A DNA stretch of 64,000 nucleotides from an uncultured Phycisphaerales bacterium (GCA_963755915.1 CAVWLP010000002.1:992001-1056000), one strand, 5' to 3'; shown: positions 29,754 through 39,845, numbered from the stretch's first letter. Numbers and translations are program-made. Notes: generated by a model from the letters alone, not told the origin.

Positions 29754-30969
29754 TCAGAACTCGACGAATTCGATGATGGAGCCGGCGGGTTGAGCGGGGT
29801 GGTTTTCGGGCAAAATCATTAGCGAATTCGCGCGGCTCAGTGTGAAGATGTCGGCGGAGCCTCTCCATTGCAAGGGCGTGAGGCAGCGCCCGTCGAAAAT
29901 CGCCGGACGATAGAAAGTGCGCGGGCCATTGGCCTCCAACGGTCCGGCCAAGGGTGCCATGCGCGTGGGTTCGTCGGCCGGACCGCCGGCGATCCGGCGG
30001 ATCAAACGCGAAACCAAGATTCTCGTGCAGACGAAAGCGCTGACCGGGTTTCCGGGGAGACCGAAGACAAATTTGCCGCTGGGCAGTTGGGCGAAGACGA
30101 ACGGCTTGCCGGGTTTGATACGAAGCTTTGTGATCTTCAGATCCGCGCCGAGTTTTTTCAGGACTCCGGGGACATAGTCCCGTTCCCCCATGCTCATGCC
30201 GCCGGTGATGAGGAGGATGTCCCAATGTCCTAAAGTGGGACTGACAACTTTTTGTTCAATGAGAACCGGATCATCCGAAACGATTCCACAACCACGTGCG
30301 ACACACGGAAGGTCGGTGAGCGCCCCAAATAACACTTCGGTGTTGCAAGCTCGAATTTGCGAGCCCGTTGGAATTTGATCTCGATCGACAAGTTCGTCGC
30401 CGGTTTCGATGATCCCGACGGCCACCCCGTCGTAGGTCAATGGATTGTGGCCCCCTGCGCTGTGGGCGACCGCCTGTTGAATTGATTTGAGGCGAGTTCC
30501 GGCCTTGAGCACAACAGAACCAGCCGCCGCTTCACTGCCGCGGTGCGCAATTGATTCGCCCGGCTTCACTGCCTGCTGCACGGCAATTCGGTTGGGAGAA
30601 CCGGCGGGTTTGGTCATCTCAATCGGCACGACCGCATCAGCGTTTTGCGGGAGAGGTGCGCCGGTCATGATGGCCACCGCCTGGCGCTCCCCTACCGCTA
30701 TTGTCGCCAACCCCCCTGCCGCTACCCGCCCTACCACTTCAAGCTCGCGTGGGACCGTTCGCACGTCTTGCGACCGGACTGCAAACCCGTCCATCAAGCT
30801 TTTGTCAAACGGCGGCGAATCACGATCGGCAAGCACATCCTCTGCCAGGTAACGCCCCCAGCATTTTCCCACCCTGTCTTCTCTGCCGGCGCGGATGGAC
30901 CGAAACTCCGTCAATGATTTCCATCGCCTGCTGCACGGTCATCAACTCCGAGACATCAAGTTCGGCCAT
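29754..30969 (-). CDS. moeA: Molybdopterin molybdotransferase, frameshift near 30890
   Basis: PPFDKSLMDGFAV, IMTGAPLP, TGDELV, TGGMSMGERDY, KPGKP, GLPGNPVSA. N-terminus MAELDVSELMTVQQAM is in another frame. Confidence 0.92.
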
Positions 30970-31061
30970 GGGAGGATTGTCAGATTTGGCGGCGGTTTTG
31001 TCATCCTGTGGAATCATTGGATAATTCGCCGACGGTCGGAATGCCTGATCTCCTCGAGAAA

Positions 31062-31101
31062 CCCCCTCCCCTGCCCTCCCCCGGTGTACCGGGGGCGGGG
31101 G
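31062..31101 (-). repeat. REP family A copy
   Basis: ccccctcccctgccctcccccggtgtaccgggggcggggg between divergent genes. Confidence 0.88.
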
Positions 31102-31115
31102 TAATAGTTCGAGGG

Positions 31116-32783
31116 ATGCTTCTGCCGATACTAGCGGCTCTCTGCGTGACGGCCATTTACGCCGCGGGATCGTGGTCAAATCAATTCGTCTACGACGACC
31201 ACGAAGTCATCGAAAACCAGTTCCCCATCCGCCACTTCAGCGACCTTCGCGCGATTTTCACCGAGCCCCACTATTTGAATTTTCCATACTATCGACCCCT
31301 GACTCGGCTCAGCTTCGCCGTGCAGGTGAATGCCAATGCCGGCCCGCGCGGGTTTCACTTGCTGAATGCAGTGCTGGCCGGCGCGGTTTTACTCGCCGCC
31401 TGCGCGCTGCTGCGGCGCGACGCGCTGGGGCTAGGCACCGGCGCCGCCCTGATCGCCGCCACATGGTTCGCCCTGCATCCGGCAGTCTCCGAATGCGTAT
31501 ATCCCGCCGCCTCCGGCAGGGAAACCCTCCTTCCCGCCCTTCTGATTCTCCTCGCAACCTGGGCCTACCTGGGCCGCGGCGCCGCCTGGTTTTTGGCGGC
31601 GATGATTTTCTTTGCCGCCGCCCTCCTCTCCAAAGAACAGGCAGCAGTTTTGCCCGGCATCTTTCTTCTCGCCGATTTTGCAGGTTTGACGCAGCGGCCA
31701 AGCAAACCAGCACGCTGGATCATCCGCTATCTCCCCATCGCCGCGATCCTGGGGTGCTATTTCCTCGTCCGGCAATTGGTGATCGGCAGCGGGAGCGTTC
31801 ACCTGACGTTGTTTGATCATCCCCTCGAACCCCTGAAATCGATCCTCTACGGCATCCAAACCGCCGTCATCCCCTTCATGGCCCTGCGTTACGAGCCGCC
31901 GTTTGACGTCTGGTTTGACTGGCGAATGAGCGTCGTCGCATGCCTTGTCGTTGGTCTGCTCATCGCTGGAGTAATCGCCGGAGGCAAACGCGCCCGGCTC
32001 ATCGGAATTTTCTGGCTCGGATGGTTTCTCCTGCTCCAGTTGCCCACGGCACACATCGTCACCCAGGAGGCCGGCTATTCCGAGCGATACGCCGCCCTGG
32101 CGATCCTCGCCCTCCCCGCCCTGGCGGGAATGCTTCTCTCCGCAGCCAACGGCGCGAGGCTGCGGCGCGCCGCCGGAATTGCCGCCTGCACGTGGATCGC
32201 CATCGAGGCGTGCGTCACTTTCTATCGCGGTGCCTATTACACTGACGATGCGTCGTTTTCCATCCAGTGGCGAAACACCAATCCCGACGCCGCCGGCCCG
32301 CATGACGGGCTGGGTCGTGTCGCCCAGCAGCGCTTGCAGTGGGAGACGGCGATCCAGGAATATCAGGCGGCTCTTTCGATCGAACCCAATGATTCAACCG
32401 CGCGAAACAATCTCGCCAATGTCTACTCCATCACCGGAGATTTCGCAGGCGCCACGCAGCAATATGAATGGCTCCTGAACCACAACAGCGTCGGCGCCGA
32501 CCCCGTGGCCGTGATGACCAATTACGCCCAGCTCCTCGCCCAGCAGGCCTTCGACCGGCACGACGCCGCGATGCGCGACAAAGCCCACGGCCTGCTCAAC
32601 GCGGCCCTGCAGCTTCGCCCCGATTATGCCCAGGCGCATCTGATTCTGGGCGAATGGAACCTGGCCTTCGGCTCACGCGAAGCCGCGATCCGGCAATTGC
32701 AAATTGCCCTGGAATTGAGGCCGGGATGGAAAGAAGCCGAAAGATTGCTGCGGGCGGCGGAGCAGTCAGACAGCTCAAAATAG
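31116..32783 (+). CDS. TMTC-like membrane protein (GT-C fold) with C-terminal TPRs
   Basis: FVYDDHEVIEN, YYRPL, FHLLN, FALHP..E, ALLSKEQA, SERY, followed by TPRs. Confidence 0.82.
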   Translation: MLLPILAALCVTAIYAAGSWSNQFVYDDHEVIENQFPIRHFSDLRAIFTEPHYLNFPYYRPLTRLSFAVQVNANAGPRGFHLLNAVLAGAVLLAACALLRRDALGLGTGAALIAATWFALHPAVSECVYPAASGRETLLPALLILLATWAYLGRGAAWFLAAMIFFAAALLSKEQAAVLPGIFLLADFAGLTQRPSKPARWIIRYLPIAAILGCYFLVRQLVIGSGSVHLTLFDHPLEPLKSILYGIQTAVIPFMALRYEPPFDVWFDWRMSVVACLVVGLLIAGVIAGGKRARLIGIFWLGWFLLLQLPTAHIVTQEAGYSERYAALAILALPALAGMLLSAANGARLRRAAGIAACTWIAIEACVTFYRGAYYTDDASFSIQWRNTNPDAAGPHDGLGRVAQQRLQWETAIQEYQAALSIEPNDSTARNNLANVYSITGDFAGATQQYEWLLNHNSVGADPVAVMTNYAQLLAQQAFDRHDAAMRDKAHGLLNAALQLRPDYAQAHLILGEWNLAFGSREAAIRQLQIALELRPGWKEAERLLRAAEQSDSSK

Positions 32784-32792
32784 CGACTCCAG

Positions 32793-32920
32793 CCAAACAC
32801 CCCAAGGCAGCCCCGGACGTCACCGGGGCAGCCGTGTGCTCGCGCAGCGGAACCGCGTGTTATATACGAGTGACTGCCTCTTCTCGTCACTAAAACCGTA
32901 ACCGAAAATACGCTTTCTTC
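32793..32920 (+). repeat. Repeat family C, copy 2 (empty)
   Basis: Aligns with 1171-1295. Intact site ccgcgtgttatatacgag at 32853-32870. Confidence 0.9.
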
Positions 32921-33017
32921 TCTTTCGGCCCCGAATAACGCCGTTCCCTAAATCCAGATGGTCGGTCACACCCACAGCCTGCGAGCGCGACAAGAGAGAG
33001 TAATACCTGCGGCTTCC

Positions 33018-34367
33018 CTACCGCGTATTACTCCCCATCGGCACCACCACATTCTTCGTCCCCCGCTTAATCGTCACCGGAACCGTGCTTTCCGGAATGC
33101 ATCGCGCCGCAAACTCATCGTAATATTTATTGATGAACGTCCGCGTCACCCACGCCGTCCCGTCCGCCAGGCCGCAGATCGTCGTGCCCGGCATGAGGCC
33201 CTGGGTCTTTTCAAGTTCCATCAGCATATCCAGGTCTTTAACCCGCCCGTAACCATCGACGATCCGGTCGAGGATTTTTCGCATCCACGTGCTCCCTTCC
33301 CGGCACGGGGTGCACTGGCCGCATGATTCGTGGGCATAAAACCGGACGCAGTTGCGCAGCGCCCGCACCATGTCGGTCTGCTCGTTCATGACGATCATCC
33401 CAGCGGTGCCCAGCCCCAGGCACCCGCCGCGAAAGCGCACGTCGTCGAAATCGAGCTTGATGTCGAGTTGCTCCGGCCCAAGCACCCCCATCGAGATTCC
33501 CCCGCAAATCGAGCCTTTGTGCTTGCCCCCCTTCATTCCGCCGGCCAACTTGTTGATGGCATAGTCGAGCGTGATCCCGAGTTCATCTTCGTAAACCCCC
33601 GGCCGATTAACGTGACCCGACATCCCATAAAGCTTCGGCCCCGGGCTCGACGGTGTCCCCATCGATTTAAACCACCCCGGCCCCCGCTCGATGATCGGCG
33701 GAACGCAGCAGAGCGTCTCGACGTTGTTGATCACCGTCGGCCGCGCAAATGCACCCGCAATCGCCGGAAACGGCGGCTTATTCCGCGGCCACCCGCGCTT
33801 CCCCTCCAAAGCTTCCAAAAGCCCCGTCTCTTCCCCGCAGATGTACGCCCCCGCGCTGGCATGCACGTAACACTCAAGCTTGTATTTGCTCCCAAAAATT
33901 CCGTTCTTCCCGAAAATCCCGTGCGCGTAGGCTTCTTTGAGCGCCTGCTCCGCCACCTTGATCTCACGATGAAATTCCGCCCGGACGTAGATGTAAGCCA
34001 CGTCCACCTGCGTGGCGATCGAAGCAATCGCGATCCCTTCCAGCAAACTGTGCGGATCGTAATCCATCAGATAGCGATCCTTGAACGTCCCCGGCTCCGA
34101 CTCATCCGCATTTACGGTCAGATAATGCGGCCCCTTCTTTTCCTTGGGGATGAACGACCACTTCTGCCCCGCCGAGAACCCCGCCCCACCGCGCCCGCGC
34201 AGGCCCGATTCCGTGACCGTCTTGATGATGTCGTCCGGCTTCATATCCAGCGCCTTGCGCAGCGCCAAATAGCCCCCCGTCGCGACATAATCGTCATACC
34301 AGTGCAGCTTGCGCTTAAAAGGGTCGGGATCGATGCGCTTGATCAGAACGGGTTCGTTGTAAGCCAT
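33018..34367 (-). CDS. nuoF: NADH-quinone oxidoreductase subunit F
   Basis: SGLRGRGGAGF, NADESEPGTFKD, GAYICGEET, ESCGQCTPCREG. Confidence 0.97.
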   Translation of the reverse strand: MAYNEPVLIKRIDPDPFKRKLHWYDDYVATGGYLALRKALDMKPDDIIKTVTESGLRGRGGAGFSAGQKWSFIPKEKKGPHYLTVNADESEPGTFKDRYLMDYDPHSLLEGIAIASIATQVDVAYIYVRAEFHREIKVAEQALKEAYAHGIFGKNGIFGSKYKLECYVHASAGAYICGEETGLLEALEGKRGWPRNKPPFPAIAGAFARPTVINNVETLCCVPPIIERGPGWFKSMGTPSSPGPKLYGMSGHVNRPGVYEDELGITLDYAINKLAGGMKGGKHKGSICGGISMGVLGPEQLDIKLDFDDVRFRGGCLGLGTAGMIVMNEQTDMVRALRNCVRFYAHESCGQCTPCREGSTWMRKILDRIVDGYGRVKDLDMLMELEKTQGLMPGTTICGLADGTAWVTRTFINKYYDEFAARCIPESTVPVTIKRGTKNVVVPMGSNTR

Positions 34368-34378
34368 AAATACTCTCT

Positions 34379-34756
34379 TTAACTGCCCGTAAATACCGTC
34401 TTTTCATCCACTAGACAAATCGGATTGCCGAACGGGTCCTTCGCGTAGAACGAGCGTTCCCCCCACGGCCGGCGTTCGATTTTCGCCTCCAGCCACTGGC
34501 ACCCCGCCTTTCCCGCTCGCTGATAAGCCCCCTCCAAATCCGAAATTGCGAAATAAACATGATCCGGATTGGGCTTGGCACTATTCGTATCCCCATCAGC
34601 TTTAGGATCGTAACATGCCAGGATCGTCCCCCCGCAGTCAAAATAATGCCGACCCGGCGAGACCCGCTTGCCTGCTATCCCCAGGAGCCGCGAATAAAAT
34701 CGCTCCGCCTCGGCGATATCGGAAACCGGCAAAATGACGCGATAAAGCCGCACCAT
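34379..34756 (-). CDS. VOC/glyoxalase family protein
   Basis: VSDIAEAERFY..LLG, PWGERSFYAKDPFGN. Confidence 0.9.
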   Translation of the reverse strand: MVRLYRVILPVSDIAEAERFYSRLLGIAGKRVSPGRHYFDCGGTILACYDPKADGDTNSAKPNPDHVYFAISDLEGAYQRAGKAGCQWLEAKIERRPWGERSFYAKDPFGNPICLVDEKTVFTGS

Positions 34757-34758
34757 CG

Positions 34759-35001
34759 TTAAGACTTATTCCTGGGCGATTTCCCTTTCCGCTCCACCAC
34801 AACTTCGTCGATCACCGTCCGGCGAAGCTTCACCTTGGGATCCTGCGGCAGCGGCTTCTCTTCGACTTTTTTATCCCGATAGACCGTCGTCGGCCCTCCC
34901 ACATCCGTTTTGATCGCCTTCCGCACATGCCCCACCTGTCGGCCCAGCCACCCGAGCACCCCTTTTCCAGGCTTCGGATTCTCGCGGTTTGGTTGCGTCA
35001 T
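34759..35001 (-). CDS. Small hypothetical protein
   Basis: MTQPNREN...LGWLGRQVG...LRRTVIDEVVV, tightly coupled to its neighbours. Confidence 0.6.
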   Translation of the reverse strand: MTQPNRENPKPGKGVLGWLGRQVGHVRKAIKTDVGGPTTVYRDKKVEEKPLPQDPKVKLRRTVIDEVVVERKGKSPRNKS

Positions 35002-35284
35002 GACGCCCCGTCCGGTTTCAGATCGATCCCAAACTCCTTTTTCACCTGCGAGAGTGCATCCTGCAATGTTCCATGCCACGTATCACCCACAAACCCCCCC
35101 GCATCGTCGAACCGATACAAAACCCAGTTGTCGAGCTGCGGTTCGATCACGATCCGATAAACCATCCCCGGCATCGGCCGGGTCCCCGACCCGCGCACGA
35201 ACCAAGATTCATCGCCGCATGCGGCAGGCAATCGTTGCCGGCAGGCATCGGGCGAGGCAGATTATGGGAAATCTTCCCAGCCAT
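34998..35284 (-). CDS. Hypothetical protein (DTWH motif), probable frameshift near 35240
   Basis: VLYRFDDAGGFVGDTWHGTLQDALSQVKKEFG. ATG at 35284 follows the upstream stop but is out of frame. Confidence 0.55.
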
Positions 35285-35285
35285 C

Positions 35286-35861
35286 TTATTCCACCGATTG
35301 CGGCAATTGCGAAGTCATTCGCTGCCCCTCTGGATCATAGGTCTCAATGAAACGCTTGATGTCGCCTGTCGTTCGCTCGCTGTGGCCAAATCCCTGAATG
35401 GCATCCAGTGCCTGGTCCTTAGAGAGCTTCAGCACGCTCAGTTCGTAGGCCGCCACCATCATCCCGGTTCTCCTTACGCCCTGCGCACAGTGTACCAGCA
35501 CCGGCTGCCGCGCCGGATCGTTGGCGATCGCCAGAAACTGGCTGATTTGATCATCCCCCGGCCAACCCCCCAGCGGCACCGGAATCCGAACCACGTCAAT
35601 TCCATGCGACTTACAGTACGCCAGCTCATCCGTAAACGGCTCGTGCCCGATCTCCTGCCCGTCCACCAGCGAAACAATCGTCTTCACGTGCGTCTTCTGC
35701 ATCGCCAAATCAAACTGGTGCATGGTCCGAACCCCATCCCGATAAAGCACTCCCTCCCGAACCGTCCCCAGGTGATAGGTATCAAACCAGTTCCAATAAA
35801 TCCACCACCCCAGCGCCGCCAGTATCACCACCGCAAGAATTATCGGACCAATCGCTTTCAT
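35286..35861 (-). CDS. Tyrosine/dual-specificity protein phosphatase with N-terminal TM
   Basis: PVLVHCAQGVRRTG (CX5R). Confidence 0.9.
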   Translation of the reverse strand: MKAIGPIILAVVILAALGWWIYWNWFDTYHLGTVREGVLYRDGVRTMHQFDLAMQKTHVKTIVSLVDGQEIGHEPFTDELAYCKSHGIDVVRIPVPLGGWPGDDQISQFLAIANDPARQPVLVHCAQGVRRTGMMVAAYELSVLKLSKDQALDAIQGFGHSERTTGDIKRFIETYDPEGQRMTSQLPQSVE

Positions 35862-35868
35862 GGATTTT

Positions 35869-35908
35869 CCCCCGCCCCCGGTATTCCGGGGGAGGGTTGG
35901 GGAGGGGG
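35869..35908 (+). repeat. REP family A copy
   Basis: cccccgcccccggtattccgggggagggttggggaggggg. Confidence 0.88.
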
Positions 35909-35933
35909 CAGTACCGCAGGCAACGGTAATTTC

Positions 35934-36344
35934 CTACTGAAGATCATATTCCTTGTTCTTCCCGCTGACGTCGTGCAGATCGATAAACCCCGAGTTCCCA
36001 TCCACGCTCACCGCCGCGCTGCACATCCCCTTGGGGGTCATCTCCGACACCAGGACATTGGCCGAATCCTTATCCGCCATGAGACGGATCACGGTTGGAC
36101 AGGTGGAAGACGAAAGCGTTATAGCCGCCTTGTCATTCATGCACGAAGCCGTGATAAACGCCCCACCCGCCCGGCTGCGAATCGAGATCGACTGCGCCGA
36201 GATATGCCCAAACTGCCCGTCCGGCAGAGCCGCAGGCTGCGCCGCCGCTCCAGTGAACGCAGCCGCAATCAGCAGCAAACATCCCAATTTCCACCGGCGG
36301 CACGACCGCTCCAGCCGCTCCACGCGCTGTTCTAACGTGTCCAT
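35934..36344 (-). CDS. Hypothetical membrane-anchored protein
   Basis: MDTLEQRVERLERSCRRWK coiled coil, then a TM helix and a beta-rich domain. Confidence 0.65.
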   Translation of the reverse strand: MDTLEQRVERLERSCRRWKLGCLLLIAAAFTGAAAQPAALPDGQFGHISAQSISIRSRAGGAFITASCMNDKAAITLSSSTCPTVIRLMADKDSANVLVSEMTPKGMCSAAVSVDGNSGFIDLHDVSGKNKEYDLQ

Positions 36345-36385
36345 AGGTTTTTCCCCAATGTGAAAGGTCAGCACTCACCAGGCTT

Positions 36386-36967
36386 TTAATGCCCGTCGCC
36401 TGTCTCCCACGTGACCGTGGGATCATGATAATCCGCCGCCTTCTGCGGCAGCTTGGCGATCAATTGATCGACGCGCTCGACAGTCAGATTTTCATGCAGC
36501 ACATCATTTACCAGCATCACCGGCGCCGTCCCGCACGCCCCGAGACATTCCAGCTCCACCAGCGTAAATCGCCCATCGGCGGTCGTCTCCCCCTCCTCGA
36601 CATTCAGCGTCTTCATCAGGTTATCCGTGATCTTCCGCGAATCGCAGATTTCACACGAAAGCGACCGGCAAACCTGGAGCAGGTACTGCCCCTTCGGCCG
36701 CAGCCAGTATTCCTCGTAAAACGAAGCGGTGTCCAGCACCTCGGCCGGCGACATTTCCAGAAACGCCGCGAGCTCCTCCATCGCCTGCGCCGGAATCCAA
36801 TTGTATTCATGCTGAATCGCATGCAGCGCCGGCAGCAGCACCGCCCGCTTGTTGGGATAACGCGGAAAATACTTCGCCGCGAGCTTCTGCTTCAGCTCCT
36901 CAGTGAGATAGGGCTCAGCGCGACGCTCGATGGTTTCGGTTCGACGGTTTTCGGAGATCCAGGCCAT
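36386..36967 (-). CDS. nuoE: NADH-quinone oxidoreductase subunit E
   Basis: VLLPALH, ASFY, VCRSLSC, ECLGACGTAP. Confidence 0.96.
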   Translation of the reverse strand: MAWISENRRTETIERRAEPYLTEELKQKLAAKYFPRYPNKRAVLLPALHAIQHEYNWIPAQAMEELAAFLEMSPAEVLDTASFYEEYWLRPKGQYLLQVCRSLSCEICDSRKITDNLMKTLNVEEGETTADGRFTLVELECLGACGTAPVMLVNDVLHENLTVERVDQLIAKLPQKAADYHDPTVTWETGDGH

Positions 36968-36999
36968 AGTGCAATTTATGTGCTAAGCCAGCAGCTAAT

Positions 37000-37233
37000 T
37001 CAAGTCTTTCGAGTTGGCATACGCCGGCGATCGCGCCGGCCACGCAATTTTTTCATTTCTTCCACCGTCATCAGATTCCTGAACGTGCCGAGCAACGCCC
37101 GGGCTCTTTGTATGTCATGTTGGCGGATGAATGAACGCAGCGCGAACAATACAGCCTCTTGTTTTGTCGCTGAGCGCGAATGTTTCACCGTTTGACGGAG
37201 CAGATCGGCGGGAATATCAAGCACTATCTTCAT
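37000..37233 (-). CDS. Orphan VapB-like (DUF2191-type) antitoxin
   Basis: MKIVLDIPADLL...TKQEAVLFALRSFIR...LLG. No toxin adjacent. Confidence 0.7.
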   Translation of the reverse strand: MKIVLDIPADLLRQTVKHSRSATKQEAVLFALRSFIRQHDIQRARALLGTFRNLMTVEEMKKLRGRRDRRRMPTRKT

Positions 37234-37249
37234 CTAACCTGGATCCGAT

Positions 37250-38524
37250 CTATCGATCCAATTCCGCCGCGATCACATTAATGCTCCCCAGCACCGCCAC
37301 CACATCCGAAATCATGTGCCCCTCGATCAGCTTCGGAAACACTTGGTAGTTGATAAAGCTCGGCGGCCGCGTGCGCACCCGCCAGGGAATATTTTCGCCC
37401 GCGGACACAATGTAATAGCCCAGCTCCCCGTTGCCGCTCTCGATGCAGCCATAAACCTCTCCCTTGGGCGCCACGAACCCGCGGTTCGTCATGATCAGTT
37501 CAAAATGCTGAATCAGCCCCTCAATGCTGCTGAAAACCTGGTCCTTCGGCGGAAGAACGTCCTTCCCTTCCGGACTCACGTTCACGTGACCCGGCGGAAT
37601 GTTGTCGATGAGCTGGCGAATAATCGCCATGCTCTGTTTCAACTCTTCCAGCCGAACGAGATATCGCGCATAAACATCCCCTGTCGTCATGACCGGCACT
37701 TTGAAATCCACCGCCGGCGCCCCCTGCCCATCCCAATTGTCTACAAAGCAAAGATACGGCTCATCCTTCCGGATATCCCGCCGAACCCCGCTGGCCCGCG
37801 CCATCGGCCCCGAGAGACTCCACGCAATCGCTTCCTCCCGGCTGATGATCCCCACGCCTTTCGTCCGGTCGATGAAAATCCGATTCTTATTCAGCAGCGC
37901 TTCCACATCCGCCGCCGCCTGTGGCATGTCCTCATCGACGAACTTCCTGACCATCTTCCTGAAAGTCGCCTCGTCCGGCAGATCCATGTTGAGCCCCCCC
38001 ACCCGCGTCCAGCTCGTGTGGAACCGCTGCCCCGACATATATTCAACGATGTCGTAAATCGTCTCACGCTGATTGAACCCGTAAAGGAACGCGGTGAACG
38101 CCCCAAGATCCAGCCCGGCCGCCCCGATGCACAAAAGATGCGACTGAATCCGCCCCAGCTCCCCCGCCAGCGTACGCAAAACCTTGCATCGCGGCGTCAG
38201 CTCGATCCCCATCAGCTTTTCAATCGCCCCATGCCAGGCAAGCTCGTTGTAAATCGGAGCCGAGTAATCCATCCGGTCGACGATGGTGACATACTGATTG
38301 TAATTAAGATGTTCCCCAAGCTTTTCAAAACCGCTGTGCAGATACCCGATATGCGGCGTGGCTCGGAGGATGCGCTCGCCGTCCAATTCCAGGACCAGGC
38401 GAAGGGTCGTATGCGTCGCCGGATGCTGCGGGCCGAAATTCAGCGTCCATCGGTTCTCACCAGAGGCTCCGCCCAAGTCTGGCGGCAAGTTATCGATATT
38501 CGGTTGGGTAAGCGTATAAGGCAT
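37250..38524 (-). CDS. nuoD: NADH-quinone oxidoreductase subunit D
   Basis: LNFGPQHPATH, GYLHSGFEK, DRMDY, SGPMARASG, GELGYY, RPPSF, AELDR. Confidence 0.97.
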   Translation of the reverse strand: MPYTLTQPNIDNLPPDLGGASGENRWTLNFGPQHPATHTTLRLVLELDGERILRATPHIGYLHSGFEKLGEHLNYNQYVTIVDRMDYSAPIYNELAWHGAIEKLMGIELTPRCKVLRTLAGELGRIQSHLLCIGAAGLDLGAFTAFLYGFNQRETIYDIVEYMSGQRFHTSWTRVGGLNMDLPDEATFRKMVRKFVDEDMPQAAADVEALLNKNRIFIDRTKGVGIISREEAIAWSLSGPMARASGVRRDIRKDEPYLCFVDNWDGQGAPAVDFKVPVMTTGDVYARYLVRLEELKQSMAIIRQLIDNIPPGHVNVSPEGKDVLPPKDQVFSSIEGLIQHFELIMTNRGFVAPKGEVYGCIESGNGELGYYIVSAGENIPWRVRTRPPSFINYQVFPKLIEGHMISDVVAVLGSINVIAAELDR

Positions 38525-38662
38525 AAGCCGGGGGATTATAGCCGTACCCATCCAACGCACCAGCAGCAAGCAAACTAGCGTCTGCTAACATATTTAACGC
38601 AATCTTGCTATCGCGAGCCTTTGCAGTCGTGCTGGGCGACTGATAGACTTTCTCCCGCACAT

Positions 38663-38678
38663 TGTTCCACGTGGAACG
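38663..38678. promoter_or_regulatory. parS site
   Basis: tgttccacgtggaacg matches the parS palindrome TGTTCCACGTGGAACA at 15/16, just upstream of parB. Confidence 0.88.
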
Positions 38679-38713
38679 TCGAACCCGCAACCAAGAGGAA
38701 AGGAGTCCTAGCC

Positions 38714-39634
38714 ATGTCCCAGGCAGTCAAGACCAAGCCCCGGTTGGGGCGGGGGTTGAGCAGTTTGATCTCCGTTTCAAGTCTCCCGGTCGAAGCCGAA
38801 ATCAGCAGCCATTCTGTTGAGGCCCCGAGTCGCGGTACCCCTGTTTCAGATGGGACCCCCCTTCTTGTCCCCGTCGATTCGATCCGCCCCAATCCGCATC
38901 AACCCCGAAAGACATTCAATGAAGCGAGCCTTTCCGAGCTGGCGGCCAGCCTGAAAACCTCGGGAATCATCCAACCCCTGGTCGTCCGAAAGACCACCGA
39001 CGGCTACGAGCTGATCGCCGGCCAGCGCCGCTGGCAAGCCGCGAAAAGGGCGGGTCTTACCGAAGTCCCCGTCATCCTCCGCGACGTAGACAGCTACACG
39101 CAAGCCCAGATGGCCCTGGTGGAAAACATCCAGCGCGAGGATCTGAACCCCATCGAACGCGCCCAGGGATACCGAGCCCTGATGGAACAGCTTGGCCTGA
39201 CCCAAGCCGAGCTGGCCACCCGCATGGGCGAAGACCGCAGCAGCATTGCCAATTTCCTCCGCCTTCTCGAACTCCCCGAATCGGTGCGAGCCCTGGTTCG
39301 CGACGGAAAGCTCTCCCTCGGCCACGCCAAGATCATCGCCGGGATCAGCGACATCATCGAGCAGCAGCGCCTCGCCGAAATGGTCGTCGCCCAGGAACTC
39401 TCGGTCCGGAACCTTGAGCGCGTCATCCAGGACCGCCCCGCTGCCACCCCTGAACGAAAAACTCCCGGCCTCTCGGCCCATTTGGCCGACCTGGAGAAAT
39501 CAATCTCCGGCCAGCTTGGCATGCGTGTCCAAGTCCGCTCCGGCCCCAAAGGCCGCGGCCGCCTGGTCATCCACTACAGCACCCTCGACCAATTCGATGA
39601 CCTCCTTCTGAAACTCGGCGTCAAAGCCGACTAA
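38714..39634 (+). CDS. parB: Chromosome partitioning protein ParB/Spo0J
   Basis: RLGRGLSSLI, PNPHQPRK, GIIQPLVVR, IAGQRRWQA, ENIQREDLNPIE. AAGGAG RBS. Confidence 0.97.
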   Translation: MSQAVKTKPRLGRGLSSLISVSSLPVEAEISSHSVEAPSRGTPVSDGTPLLVPVDSIRPNPHQPRKTFNEASLSELAASLKTSGIIQPLVVRKTTDGYELIAGQRRWQAAKRAGLTEVPVILRDVDSYTQAQMALVENIQREDLNPIERAQGYRALMEQLGLTQAELATRMGEDRSSIANFLRLLELPESVRALVRDGKLSLGHAKIIAGISDIIEQQRLAEMVVAQELSVRNLERVIQDRPAATPERKTPGLSAHLADLEKSISGQLGMRVQVRSGPKGRGRLVIHYSTLDQFDDLLLKLGVKAD

Positions 39635-39661
39635 GCCCCGCCGCTCTCTACGACGGAATTC

Positions 39662-39825
39662 TCACCGCCCGCTTCGCGAGGGATCGCTGAGAAGAACAAG
39701 AAGAAGCGAGAAACCGCGGATTACACAGATGACGCGGATAGGACCAATTCTTTATTATCCGCGCAATCCGCGGTTCTCTTTTTCTGCTCAGCGCTCTCTG
39801 CGATCTCCAGCGAAGCGGGCGGTGA
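39662..39825. repeat. Nested inverted-repeat element (long hairpin, MITE/REPIN-like)
   Basis: Perfect 16-bp outer arms 39662-39677/39810-39825, inner arms 39712-39722/39765-39775 and 39733-39740/39756-39763. Confidence 0.8.
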
Positions 39826-39829
39826 ACTG

Positions 39830-39845
39830 AGTTCCACGTGGAACA
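39830..39845. promoter_or_regulatory. parS site
   Basis: agttccacgtggaaca, 15/16 match to the parS palindrome. Confidence 0.88.

Noticed and set aside
31008-31115. N-terminal extension of the TMTC-like ORF through REP-A (also 55587-55724, 48754-48936, 9416-9751, 7275-7487)
   Set aside because: Upstream read-through by the ORF caller. Family homology begins at later starts.
32793-32920. Repeat C as a ribozyme, attC site or tRNA
   Set aside because: No hammerhead, HDV, twister or pistol core, no RYYYAAC/GTTRRRY ends or integron integrase, no cloverleaf.
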